Positions 1-7,990 of a stretch of 32,000 nt of DNA are shown here, piece by piece. The translations under genes and the position numbers were made by a program. Each line of letters begins with the position of its first letter. The stretch's first letter is position 1. Source of the DNA: Candidatus Saccharimonadota bacterium (GTDB lineage: Bacteria > Bacteroidota > Bacteroidia > Flavobacteriales > Blattabacteriaceae); the NCBI RefSeq assembly GCF_014251775.1, contig NZ_CP059199.1:90001-122000 (forward strand), given 5' to 3'. Below the pieces are notes generated by a model, which was not told the DNA's origin, did not search any database, and was given only the letters and a program-made list of their open reading frames with translations.

Positions 1-964
1 TTATGTTTTTGTGAATTATATTTCCTATATTATTTTCTTCTTCTATTTGAACTTCTTTTTTAGCAGGATGAATATTCCAGTTAACTAATTTAGGATCAAT
101 TTCAATAAAAACAAAATAAGAAATAGTATGAAAATTTTTAAAAAATCTATTATATGCAGAAACAATTTTTTTATGCAAAAAATAATTTTTTATACTTCTT
201 TTGTTTACAATTATTAATTGTATTCCTTTTTTATATGAAAATCTATTAGGAATATTAAAAATTACATTTATAAAAAATTTATCTTTTTTAATAAAAATAG
301 ATTTAAAATTATTTTTTTTAAAATTGAATATTTTAGTTATTCTTTCTTTTAATGAAATATTTTTATCAATAAAAAAATAGATTTTATCATTATGATAAAA
401 TCTATATTTAATATTTCTATGTGATAATATAATTTTATAAAATTCATTTACAATATTTCGAAATTCTATTTGAGAAGATCTAAGGTAAGCTCTTCTTGCG
501 GGAAATCCATGAAATATATTTTTTACGGAGACTCTAGTCCCTTTCATCATATATAATGGAATTTCTTTATTTATTTTTCCATTTTCTATAAACAAATGAA
601 TTCCTAATGCACTATTTTTATCTTTAGTTTGTATTTCTAATTGAGAAATTAAAGATATTGCGGCTAAAGCTTCACCTCTGAATCCTTTTGTACTAATATT
701 ATAAATATCTTCAATATTTTTTATTTTTGACGTTGCATATTTTTTTATGCTAATTTTAGCATCATTAATATTCATTCCATCACCGTCATCTACTAATTGA
801 ATCAGTGTTTTTCCTGAATCTTTTATGAAAATATCAATATTTTTTGCATTCGCATCTATTGAATTCTCTAACAGTTCTCTTAAAACTGAAGAAGGTCTTT
901 CTATTACTTCTCCTGCAGCTATTTGGTTGACTATATATTTAGATAAAATTTTTATTTTATTCAT
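1..964 (-). CDS. mutL: DNA mismatch repair protein MutL, N-terminal part (gene runs off the left window edge)
   Basis: Hand translation of the reverse strand from ATG (964-962) gives MNKIKILSKYIVNQIAAGEVIERPSSVLRELLENSIDANAK..., the GHKL-ATPase N-terminus typical of MutL. I checked the frame codon by codon and found no stop down to position 2. It is absent from the ORF track only because it has no stop inside the window. Its ATG overlaps the ribH stop (TAATG). Confidence 0.9.
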   Translation of the reverse strand, partial: MNKIKILSKYIVNQIAAGEVIERPSSVLRELLENSIDANAKNIDIFIKDSGKTLIQLVDDGDGMNINDAKISIKKYATSKIKNIEDIYNISTKGFRGEALAAISLISQLEIQTKDKNSALGIHLFIENGKINKEIPLYMMKGTRVSVKNIFHGFPARRAYLRSSQIEFRNIVNEFYKIILSHRNIKYRFYHNDKIYFFIDKNISLKERITKIFNFKKNNFKSIFIKKDKFFINVIFNIPNRFSYKKGIQLIIVNKRSIKNYFLHKKIVSAYNRFFKNFHTISYFVFIEIDPKLVNWNIHPAKKEVQIEEENNIGNIIHKNI

Positions 965-1458
965 TATTCTATGATAGATCTTTTAAAAAAAGACATATAT
1001 ATAGCAGTCTTTGCGCATTCTATCCCCTTATTTCCATTTTTTCCTCCTGAACGATCAATAGACTGTTGTTTATTTTTATCCATTAATACACAAAATATAA
1101 TCGGAATACTATATTTTATATTAACATCTTTTATTCCTTGTGATATAGATTGACATAAATACTTAAAATGATAAGTATCTCCTTTAATTAAAGACCCTAT
1201 TGTAATAATAGAATCAAAATCATAAGAATTAGCTATTTCTTTAGATGAAAAAATCAATTCATAACTTCCAGGAACTTTCCAAGTTTTTATGCTTTTTTCC
1301 GAAATTCCAAATTTAATTAAAGTTTTATATGAACCATCATATAATCTATCAGTAATAAATCTATTCCATAGAGATACAATAATTGCTATTTTAAAATTAG
1401 CATTTTTTATTTTTTCTTTATCTAATTCTAACGAATAAGATACGTTTTTATATTTCAT
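964..1458 (-). CDS. ribH: 6,7-dimethyl-8-ribityllumazine synthase
   Basis: 164-aa ORF with an ATG start. It has the lumazine synthase pattern FKIAIIVSLWNRFITDRL...VPGSYELIFSSKEIA...FDSIITIGSLIKGDTYHFKYLCQSISQGI. Confidence 0.9.
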   Translation of the reverse strand: MKYKNVSYSLELDKEKIKNANFKIAIIVSLWNRFITDRLYDGSYKTLIKFGISEKSIKTWKVPGSYELIFSSKEIANSYDFDSIITIGSLIKGDTYHFKYLCQSISQGIKDVNIKYSIPIIFCVLMDKNKQQSIDRSGGKNGNKGIECAKTAIYMSFFKRSIIE

Positions 1459-2071
1459 TTCGTAACTTATTTTCAGTAAATGTAATATATTTTTCTACAT
1501 TATCTTTATATAAAAAAAAAGGATATTTATTTTCTATTTTTTCTAAAAAAAATTTAGATTCTTTATATTTATTTAATGATAAATATATTATAGCTATTTT
1601 GTAATAATAAAGTGGTGTAGTAATATTGCTATAAGCAGAAGCTTTAATATAATTTTCTAATGATTTTTCTTTATTATTCATTTGTGAATAAGCATCTCCT
1701 ATTATTCCATATTTTATAGAAGATAAAATATCTTCTTTTGAATTAAATTTATCTAAAATGTTTATACAATTTTCATAATCTTCTAATTTATAATAACAAA
1801 TTCCTGCATAAAATTTAGATATGTTACCAGAACTAGTAAAAGGATACTTATAGTATATTCCTAAAAAACCTAAGTTATTCGATTCTATTTTATCCTTGTT
1901 TAAGGCCTTATTAAACATACCCTGGTATAAATATTCTTCTGCAAGATTTAATTCTTCAATTGATTTTTTTGATAAGTCTATGAAAAATTTTTTAGAAAAA
2001 AAATAAATAAAAAATATCATTATTAATGATAAACAAAAAAATAGAATATTTTTTTTATTAGTAGTTATCAC
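1448..2071 (-). CDS. Membrane-anchored tetratricopeptide-repeat-like protein (function unknown)
   Basis: 207-aa ORF with a GTG start. It has an N-terminal hydrophobic segment (ILFFCLSLIMIFFIYFF) followed by TPR-like repeats (AGICYYKLEDYENCI, IGDAYSQMNNKEKSLENY, IAIIYLSLNKYKESKFFL). It overlaps ribH by 11 nt. Confidence 0.65.
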   Translation of the reverse strand: MITTNKKNILFFCLSLIMIFFIYFFSKKFFIDLSKKSIEELNLAEEYLYQGMFNKALNKDKIESNNLGFLGIYYKYPFTSSGNISKFYAGICYYKLEDYENCINILDKFNSKEDILSSIKYGIIGDAYSQMNNKEKSLENYIKASAYSNITTPLYYYKIAIIYLSLNKYKESKFFLEKIENKYPFFLYKDNVEKYITFTENKLRNEI

Positions 2072-2082
2072 TATATTAATTT

Positions 2083-3390
2083 TTAAATTAAAAATCTTTT
2101 TTTTATAACTTCTATAGTTTTTATTCTTTTATCATCAATGCTTTGTATAATAAAAGAATAATTTAAGAAATTTATTTTTTGTTTATTTTTAGGATAATCT
2201 TGGTTAATTTCCATTATAAAACCTGCTAAAGTATCTGCTTTACCTTTTTTTTTTTCAAAAAAAACTTCTTCTTTTACATCCATAATACGATAAAAATTAA
2301 TTAAAGATGTTTTTCCATCAAATAAATAATTATTTTTACTTAATTTTGAATAACATAAATTTTCATCATCAAATTCGTCTATAATATCTCCTATTATTTC
2401 TTCAACTACGTCTTCAAGAGTTACCAACCCACAAGTCCCCCCATATTCATCTACCACAATAGCTAAATGAATTTTTTTTTTTTGAAAATCATTTAATAAG
2501 TCATCTATTTTTTTTTTACCCGGTACAAAAAAAGGTGGATGAATTAACTTATTCCATGAAAATTTATCATTATATATAAATGGTAATAAATCTTTAGCAA
2601 ATAAAATTCCTTCTATATCATCAATACTATTTTTATAAATAGGTATTCTAGAATAACTATGATAACGAACCAATTTTAAAACATCTATAAAACTAATTTT
2701 TTTATTTAAAGCAAACATATCAATTCTAGGAGTCATAATTTGATGAATTTCAGTGTTACCAAAATTTACAATTCTTTGTAAAAATTTACGTTCTTTAACA
2801 TTTTTATGATTTAAAGTTATTTTTAATGCTTTAGATAATTGATCAACAGATATATTTTCTTTTTCCAATTTTTTTTCAAAAAATTCTGAAATGATAATCA
2901 TTATTTTGCTAATTGGACTAAGTATTTTTTCAAGAATAATTATTGGTTTTGACATAAAAATAGAAAAACTAAAACTATTTTTATTAGCATAAATTTTAGG
3001 AATTATTTCTCCGAATAATAATAAAATAAAAGTAATAAATATAATTTCCATAATGAAATTAATGGATAAACATATTCTATGATAAATCAAAAAATATTGA
3101 TTTTTAATATAATTTCTAATTATAAAAGATGTTATGATAATAATTCCAATATTAGAAAAATTATTATAAATTAATATTGTAGCTAAAATTTTTTTCTTTT
3201 TTTTGATAATTTTTCTTAGTAAAAATTTTTTTTTATTATTATCACCAATTTTTTCTTCAAGTCTGGAGAATGAAGTTTCTGAACCAGAAATTAAAGAAGA
3301 AAATAATAATAACATTAATATCAATAATATGTTTATAAACAAACATAAATCACTTTTTAAAAAAAAATTCGTAGAAGATTCTTTTCCCAA
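2083..3390 (-). CDS. gldE: CNNM/CorC-HlyC family membrane protein with a CBS pair (GldE-like)
   Basis: 435-aa ORF. It has an N-terminal multi-TM DUF21-like region (...LISGSETSFSRL), a CBS-pair region (IMTPRIDMFAL..., IPIYKNSIDDIEGILFAKDLL) and a CorC_HlyC-like C-terminus (HLAIVVDEYGGTCGLVTLEDVVEEIIGDI). Start is TTG at 3390, immediately after an in-frame stop; the first ATG is 25 codons downstream. Confidence 0.8.
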   Translation of the reverse strand: MGKESSTNFFLKSDLCLFINILLILMLLLFSSLISGSETSFSRLEEKIGDNNKKKFLLRKIIKKKKKILATILIYNNFSNIGIIIITSFIIRNYIKNQYFLIYHRICLSINFIMEIIFITFILLLFGEIIPKIYANKNSFSFSIFMSKPIIILEKILSPISKIMIIISEFFEKKLEKENISVDQLSKALKITLNHKNVKERKFLQRIVNFGNTEIHQIMTPRIDMFALNKKISFIDVLKLVRYHSYSRIPIYKNSIDDIEGILFAKDLLPFIYNDKFSWNKLIHPPFFVPGKKKIDDLLNDFQKKKIHLAIVVDEYGGTCGLVTLEDVVEEIIGDIIDEFDDENLCYSKLSKNNYLFDGKTSLINFYRIMDVKEEVFFEKKKGKADTLAGFIMEINQDYPKNKQKINFLNYSFIIQSIDDKRIKTIEVIKKRFLI

Positions 3391-3415
3391 TATTTATATA
3401 TTTTTTTATTTAAAA

Positions 3416-4459
3416 TTAAATTATTTTTTTATACTTGAAGAAAAATAATATAGGTTTTGGAAATGGATATTTTATTATTTCTTTTGAAGAAATAAGTATA
3501 TTTTTTTTATGAAAAATACTTTCTGTATTATGTTTAAAAATTTCGCAATTGTAAATTTTTACAAAAATTATCTTATTACTAATATTGTATTTTTTTTCAA
3601 AAAAATCTCCATGAATTTTAATACTAATATCATTTATATTTATAGAAATTTTATCATTAAAATTTAAATATTTATTCGATTCTATTCCCGGAAAATCATA
3701 TAGATTTTTCCAAATATTATTATCAATAGATCTTTTTTTAATGAAAAATTTTTTTTGAAAATTTATAAAAAAATAATAAAAAAATTTACATGATTTATTT
3801 TTTATCATTTTATTCATTTTCAATGGTAGTTGATAAATTTTATTATTTTTTTTAGAAAAACAATTATTGGAAACTGGACATAATGAACATTTATATTTTC
3901 TGGGAGTACATAATGTTGATCCAATATCCATTACAGCTTGATTAAAAATTCCAGGATAATTATGATCCATAATATTGATGACCAGTTTTGTAAATTTTTT
4001 GGATTTAAAAAAATATGCATTTTTATATATACCTAAATATCTAGAAAAAAATCTATATGCATTCCCATCAATAGCAGGAACGATTTCATTAAAACATATT
4101 GAAGAAACTGCTCCAGCTATATACGACCCTATTCCTTTGTATTTTATTAAATCTTCATATTTATTTGGAAAACCAATATTAACAATATTTTTTGCAAAAT
4201 TTAATAAATTTCTAGCTCTAGAATAATATCCTAATCCTTCCCATTCTTTTAATACTTCTTCCTCTTTGGACTTAGCTAAATCATTAATACTAGAAAATTT
4301 GTTGATAAATTTTAAATAATATTTTAATACTTGTGAAATCTTTGTTTGTTGTAACATAAATTCTGAAACTAATATATAATAAGGATCATTAGTATTCCTC
4401 CAAGGAAGTTTTCTCCCATTTTTTTTGTACCAATTAATTATTTTTTTAGAAAAATTCAT
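3416..4459 (-). CDS. mutY: A/G-specific adenine DNA glycosylase
   Basis: 347-aa ORF. It has WYKKNGRKLPWRNTNDPYYILVSEFMLQQTKI, an HhH motif (GIGSYIAGAV) and a 4Fe-4S Cys cluster (CTPRKYKCSLCPVSNNC), followed by a NUDIX-like C-terminal domain. Confidence 0.9.
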   Translation of the reverse strand: MNFSKKIINWYKKNGRKLPWRNTNDPYYILVSEFMLQQTKISQVLKYYLKFINKFSSINDLAKSKEEEVLKEWEGLGYYSRARNLLNFAKNIVNIGFPNKYEDLIKYKGIGSYIAGAVSSICFNEIVPAIDGNAYRFFSRYLGIYKNAYFFKSKKFTKLVINIMDHNYPGIFNQAVMDIGSTLCTPRKYKCSLCPVSNNCFSKKNNKIYQLPLKMNKMIKNKSCKFFYYFFINFQKKFFIKKRSIDNNIWKNLYDFPGIESNKYLNFNDKISININDISIKIHGDFFEKKYNISNKIIFVKIYNCEIFKHNTESIFHKKNILISSKEIIKYPFPKPILFFFKYKKII

Positions 4460-4546
4460 ACAATATAATTTTATTTAAAAAAAATTTTTAGAAAAAAAAT
4501 AGTTATCTTTAAAAGATCAAATGTATTTTATTTTTAATACCTAAAT

Positions 4547-4554
4547 TAACTTTG
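4547..4554 (+). promoter_or_regulatory. Candidate Bacteroidota -7 promoter element (TAnnTTTG) upstream of the HU-like gene
   Basis: TAACTTTG at 4547-4554 matches the published Bacteroidetes -7 consensus TAnnTTTG and lies 24 nt upstream of the ATG at 4578. I found no clear -33 TTTG partner. Confidence 0.3.
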
Positions 4555-4577
4555 TTGTTTGATATTAATGATTTAAC

Positions 4578-4871
4578 ATGACAAAAGCAGATATAATAAC
4601 AGAAATAATATCAGAAACTGGATTGGATAAGGTTGATACCCAAAATATTATAGAATCTTTTATGAAGAAAATTAAACAAAGCCTCAACAAAGGTGAAAAT
4701 GTTTATTTAAGAGGATTTGGATCTTTTATTGTTAAATATAGAGCGAAAAAACTAGGTCGTCATATATCTAAAAATAGATCTATTGTAATCCCTGCACATA
4801 ATGTTCCTGCCTTTAAACCTTCAAAATCTTTTACTGAAATGGTAAAAAAAAATGTTCCCATAAAAAAATAA
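4578..4871 (+). CDS. HU/IHF family DNA-binding protein
   Basis: 97-aa ORF: MTKADIITEIISETGLDKVDTQNIIESFMKKIKQSL..GENVYLRGFGSFIVKYRAKKLGRHISKNRSIVIPAHNVPAFKPSK, the classic HU fold signature (RGFGSF, R.GRN/H..P.T...I.IP). Confidence 0.9.
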   Translation: MTKADIITEIISETGLDKVDTQNIIESFMKKIKQSLNKGENVYLRGFGSFIVKYRAKKLGRHISKNRSIVIPAHNVPAFKPSKSFTEMVKKNVPIKK

Positions 4872-4902
4872 TTCATAAATAGGGAAAAAAAAGGTAAAAA
4901 AT

Positions 4903-4995
4903 ATGCCAAACGGAAAAAAAAGAAAACGAAAAAAAATCGCTACTCACAAAAGAAAAAAAAGAAATAGAAAAAATAGACATAAAAAGAAAAAATAA
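4903..4995 (+). CDS. Small highly basic peptide (30 aa), possibly a bS22/AURKAIP1-COX24-like ribosome-associated peptide
   Basis: Not in the ORF track (too short). Hand translation: ATG 4903 ... TAA 4993-4995 = MPNGKKRKRKKIATHKRKKRNRKNRHKKKK. It lies 31 nt after the HU-like gene on the same strand. From memory, the pattern KRKR.K.ATHKRKKR.RKNRHK resembles conserved small basic peptides of Bacteroidota. Confidence 0.5.
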   Translation: MPNGKKRKRKKIATHKRKKRNRKNRHKKKK

Positions 4996-5108
4996 TTAAT
5001 TTAATCCTACTGATATTATCAATACTGTTTTCCTTTTATTTTGTTAATTGTAAATTATATTATCATGTATAATATAATTAATGTATATGTTATTTATGTA
5101 TTATATAT

Positions 5109-6551
5109 ATGTATAATATATGCATTATGCATGATAATAAATATAAAGAATTAATTTTAAACGTAGAAGAAAAAGAGATAGGGATCGCTATTTTAAAAAG
5201 AGGAATTTTATATGAAATTCATAAAGAATTATTTAATTCTAGATTTTCTTTAGGAGATATTTATTTAGGAACTGTTTATAAAATTTTACCTGCATTAAAT
5301 GCTATTATTTTGGATATAGGTCATGATAAAGGGGGGTTTTTACATTACAATGATATAAATTTAGAATTTGTAAAAAATTACTGTTTAATTAATAAAAATG
5401 ATGAAGATTTTGTAGATGAAGGGAATGATGAAGATTTTGTAGATGAAGGGAATGATGAAGATTTTGTAGATGAAGGGAATGATGAAGATTTTGTAGATGA
5501 AGGGAATGATGAAGATTTTGTAGATGAAGGGAATGATGAAGAAAATTATTTACTTTATAGATCTTTTTTCATAAAAAATTATAAAGAGAAAGAAATAAAA
5601 AAAATATTTAGTATTGGACAAAAGGTTTTAGTACAAATATCAAAAGAATCCGGATCCAATAAGGGGCCAAAACTTACTACAAAAATTTGTTTTATAGGAA
5701 AAAATATAATTTTTACTCCTTTTTCTAATAAAAAATATATATCTAAAAAAATAAAAAATACAAATGAAAGAAAAAGATTCATTTATTATATGAATAATTT
5801 CAATCAAACTGGATTTATTATTAGAACATCTGCAATGTTTCAAACATATATTTCATTAAATAATGAATTATTATTTTTAATAAAAAAATGGAAAAATATA
5901 TTAGTCAATATTAAATTTAAAAAATATCCTTATAAAATTTTCGGAGAACTTAATAAAATTTATTCTTTATTAAGAAATAATGATTTTAAACAAATTTATT
6001 GTAATAGTAGAAAACTTTGTAAGGAAATTTATTACTATATTTCTATTATTTTTCCTTCAAAAAAAAATATAATAAAATATTATAAAGGTTGTATTCCAAT
6101 ATTTGAAAAATATGGAGTTGAACAACAAATACAACTATTTTTAGGAAAAATAATACCTATTGATAATGGAGGATATTTAATAATAGAACATACTGAAGCA
6201 TTACATTCTATTGATATAAATAGTGGAATAATTGATAATATGGAAAAACATTTTTCCATATTAGATAAAATAGAAAATATATTCAAAATAAATTTATTAG
6301 CAATAATAGAAATTGTAAGACAAATCATATTAAGAAATATTGGAGGAATAATTATAGTAGATTTTATAGATATGCCATTTTGTTTTCAAAAAAAAAAATT
6401 ATATAAATATTTAAAAAAAAAAATGGAAATTGATAAAGCAAAACATAAAGTATTTCCTCCAAATGAATTAGGATTAACTATAATAACTCGCAAAAAAATT
6501 AGATTTGAATTAAAAATAAAAAGAAATAAAAAAATTTATTACATAATATAA
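5109..6551 (+). CDS. rng: Ribonuclease E/G family protein (RNase G-like) carrying an internal acidic tandem-repeat insertion
   Basis: 480-aa ORF. It has an S1-like N-terminus (LGDIYLGTVYKILPALNAIILDIGHDKGGFLHYNDI), GQKVLVQISKESGSNKGPKLT, and a catalytic core with TEALHSIDINSG and GGIIIVDFIDM. The start is ambiguous between ATG 5109 and ATG 5127 (MHDNKYKEL...). Confidence 0.85.
   Translation: MYNICIMHDNKYKELILNVEEKEIGIAILKRGILYEIHKELFNSRFSLGDIYLGTVYKILPALNAIILDIGHDKGGFLHYNDINLEFVKNYCLINKNDEDFVDEGNDEDFVDEGNDEDFVDEGNDEDFVDEGNDEDFVDEGNDEENYLLYRSFFIKNYKEKEIKKIFSIGQKVLVQISKESGSNKGPKLTTKICFIGKNIIFTPFSNKKYISKKIKNTNERKRFIYYMNNFNQTGFIIRTSAMFQTYISLNNELLFLIKKWKNILVNIKFKKYPYKIFGELNKIYSLLRNNDFKQIYCNSRKLCKEIYYYISIIFPSKKNIIKYYKGCIPIFEKYGVEQQIQLFLGKIIPIDNGGYLIIEHTEALHSIDINSGIIDNMEKHFSILDKIENIFKINLLAIIEIVRQIILRNIGGIIIVDFIDMPFCFQKKKLYKYLKKKMEIDKAKHKVFPPNELGLTIITRKKIRFELKIKRNKKIYYII
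5397..5542 (+). repeat. Perfect 27-bp tandem repeat, 5 full copies plus an 11-bp partial copy, in frame within rng
   Basis: The unit AATGATGAAGATTTTGTAGATGAAGGG repeats at 5397, 5424, 5451, 5478 and 5505 with no mismatch. The partial copy AATGATGAAGA lies at 5532-5542. It encodes (NDEDFVDEG)x5. Confidence 0.97.
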
Positions 6552-6595
6552 TAGTTTATTATATTATAAGAAATATAATGGTATCTAAAAAAAAA

Positions 6596-6676
6596 GTGGA
6601 CGTGGTGGAACTGGTATACACGTCAGAATTAGGATCTGATGCTTTTAGCATGAGGGTTCGAATCCCTTCGTCCATA
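6596..6676 (+). tRNA. tRNA-Leu (anticodon UAG), type II with long variable arm
   Basis: Manual fold: acceptor GTGGACG/CGTCCAT, 3-bp D stem, anticodon stem TCAGA/TCTGA with loop ATTAGGA (TAG), variable arm TGCT-TTT-AGCA, T arm GAGGG-TTCGAAT-CCCTT, discriminator A. No CCA is encoded. Confidence 0.9.
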
Positions 6677-6682
6677 CTATTT

Positions 6683-7948
6683 TTATGATATATATCTTTT
6701 TTTAGATCCTATATATATTTGTCTAGGTCGACCTATTGGATCAATATTATTTTTTATTTCTTTCCAATGAGCTATCCATCCAGGTAGTCGCCCTAAAACA
6801 AACATAACAGTAAACATATCTTTTGGAATTCCAATAGCTTGATAAATAATTCCAGAATAAAAATCAATATTAGGATAAATTTTTTTATCGAAAAAATATG
6901 AATCTTTAAGCGCATGTTTTTCTAATTCTTTTGCCAATTCTAGAATTGGATCAGAAATATTTAATTTTAGTATTAAATATTCTGCTAAACATTTAGCTAT
7001 TTTGGATCTAGGATCAAAATTTTTATAAATTCTATGTCCAAATCCCATTAATCGAAACGGATCTTTCTTATTTTTTGCTTTATTTATCCATTTTTTTACA
7101 TTTCCTCCATCTTTTAAAATAATTTCTAGCATTTCTATTACTGCTTGATTAGCACCTCCATGTAACTTTCCCCATAAAGCATTAATTCCAGCAGTAATAG
7201 AAGAAAATAAATTGGAACGAACAGATGCTAATAAACGTACAGTAGTGGTAGAACAATTTTGTTCATGATCGATATGAAGAGTTAATAATTTATCTAAAGA
7301 ATCTATTATTAAAGAGTTAATTGAATAAGGTCTGTCAGGAACAGAAAAAAACATTTTTAATAAATTATATGTATAATTATTATATTTTAAAGTAGGATAA
7401 TCCTTAAAAAAAGGTAATCCTTTTTTTTTTCTATAAATTAAAGCAGCTAACATAGGAATTTTTGCTAATAAATGAAAATATAAATCTTCTTCTTTTTCTG
7501 AAGATGTATCATCATTTATAAATGCAAATAAAATATTTGTAAAAGAAGATAAAATTCCCATTGGGTGATATGATTCTGGAAATCTATTTAATATTCCATA
7601 AATTTCTTTATTAAGAACAATATATTTTGTAATTTTTTTTGAAAAAAATTTTAATTGTTTTTTATTAGGTAACTCACCATTTAAAATCAGATAACTTGTT
7701 TCTATAAATGAACATTTTTTAACTAATTCATCAATAGGATATCCTCTATATAAAAGTTCACCATTTTCTCCATTTATAAAACTAATAGAACTTTTAGTAA
7801 ACGCTGTATTTTTTAGTCCAGGATCAAATGTAATGAATCTAGTATTTTCTCTTAATTTAGAAATATCAATAGCTTTATCAAAAGTTCCACAAACTAATGG
7901 TAATTTATGAATACATCCATCTATATCAAGATTAATAATACTACACAT
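6683..7948 (-). CDS. gltA: Citrate synthase
   Basis: 421-aa ORF with an ATG start. Motifs: LLYRGYPIDEL, LTLHIDHEQNCSTTTVR, GKLHGGANQAV, LMGFGHRIYKNFDPRS. Confidence 0.93.
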   Translation of the reverse strand: MCSIINLDIDGCIHKLPLVCGTFDKAIDISKLRENTRFITFDPGLKNTAFTKSSISFINGENGELLYRGYPIDELVKKCSFIETSYLILNGELPNKKQLKFFSKKITKYIVLNKEIYGILNRFPESYHPMGILSSFTNILFAFINDDTSSEKEEDLYFHLLAKIPMLAALIYRKKKGLPFFKDYPTLKYNNYTYNLLKMFFSVPDRPYSINSLIIDSLDKLLTLHIDHEQNCSTTTVRLLASVRSNLFSSITAGINALWGKLHGGANQAVIEMLEIILKDGGNVKKWINKAKNKKDPFRLMGFGHRIYKNFDPRSKIAKCLAEYLILKLNISDPILELAKELEKHALKDSYFFDKKIYPNIDFYSGIIYQAIGIPKDMFTVMFVLGRLPGWIAHWKEIKNNIDPIGRPRQIYIGSKKRYIS

Positions 7949-7990
7949 AATATTTTAAATATTTTTATAAATATATACAAAGATCTACAG

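Noticed and set aside
971-1153. 60-aa plus-strand ORF inside ribH
   Set aside because: It is antisense to a well-supported ribH coding region, has a low-complexity F/I/L-rich translation and no recognisable motif. It is a shadow ORF.
3203-3448. 81-aa plus-strand ORF across the gldE 5' end and mutY 3' end
   Set aside because: It is antisense to two confident genes and its translation is low-complexity (NNNNININN). It is a shadow ORF.
3975-4226. 83-aa plus-strand ORF inside mutY
   Set aside because: It is antisense to mutY and has no motif support.
5040-5126. TGTATA/ATGTATAATATA-rich patch upstream of rng, including a 12-nt direct repeat (5065-5076 and 5109-5120)
   Set aside because: It is a short, low-complexity AT repeat at non-codon spacing (44 nt). 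Such matches are expected by chance in this composition, so there is no basis for a regulatory or mobile-element call.
5579-5843. Two 67-aa minus-strand ORFs (5579-5782 and 5640-5843) inside rng
   Set aside because: They are antisense to rng, overlap each other and give hydrophobic AT-codon translations. They are shadow ORFs.
6080-6328. 82-aa minus-strand ORF inside rng
   Set aside because: It is antisense to the conserved catalytic core of rng. It is a shadow ORF.
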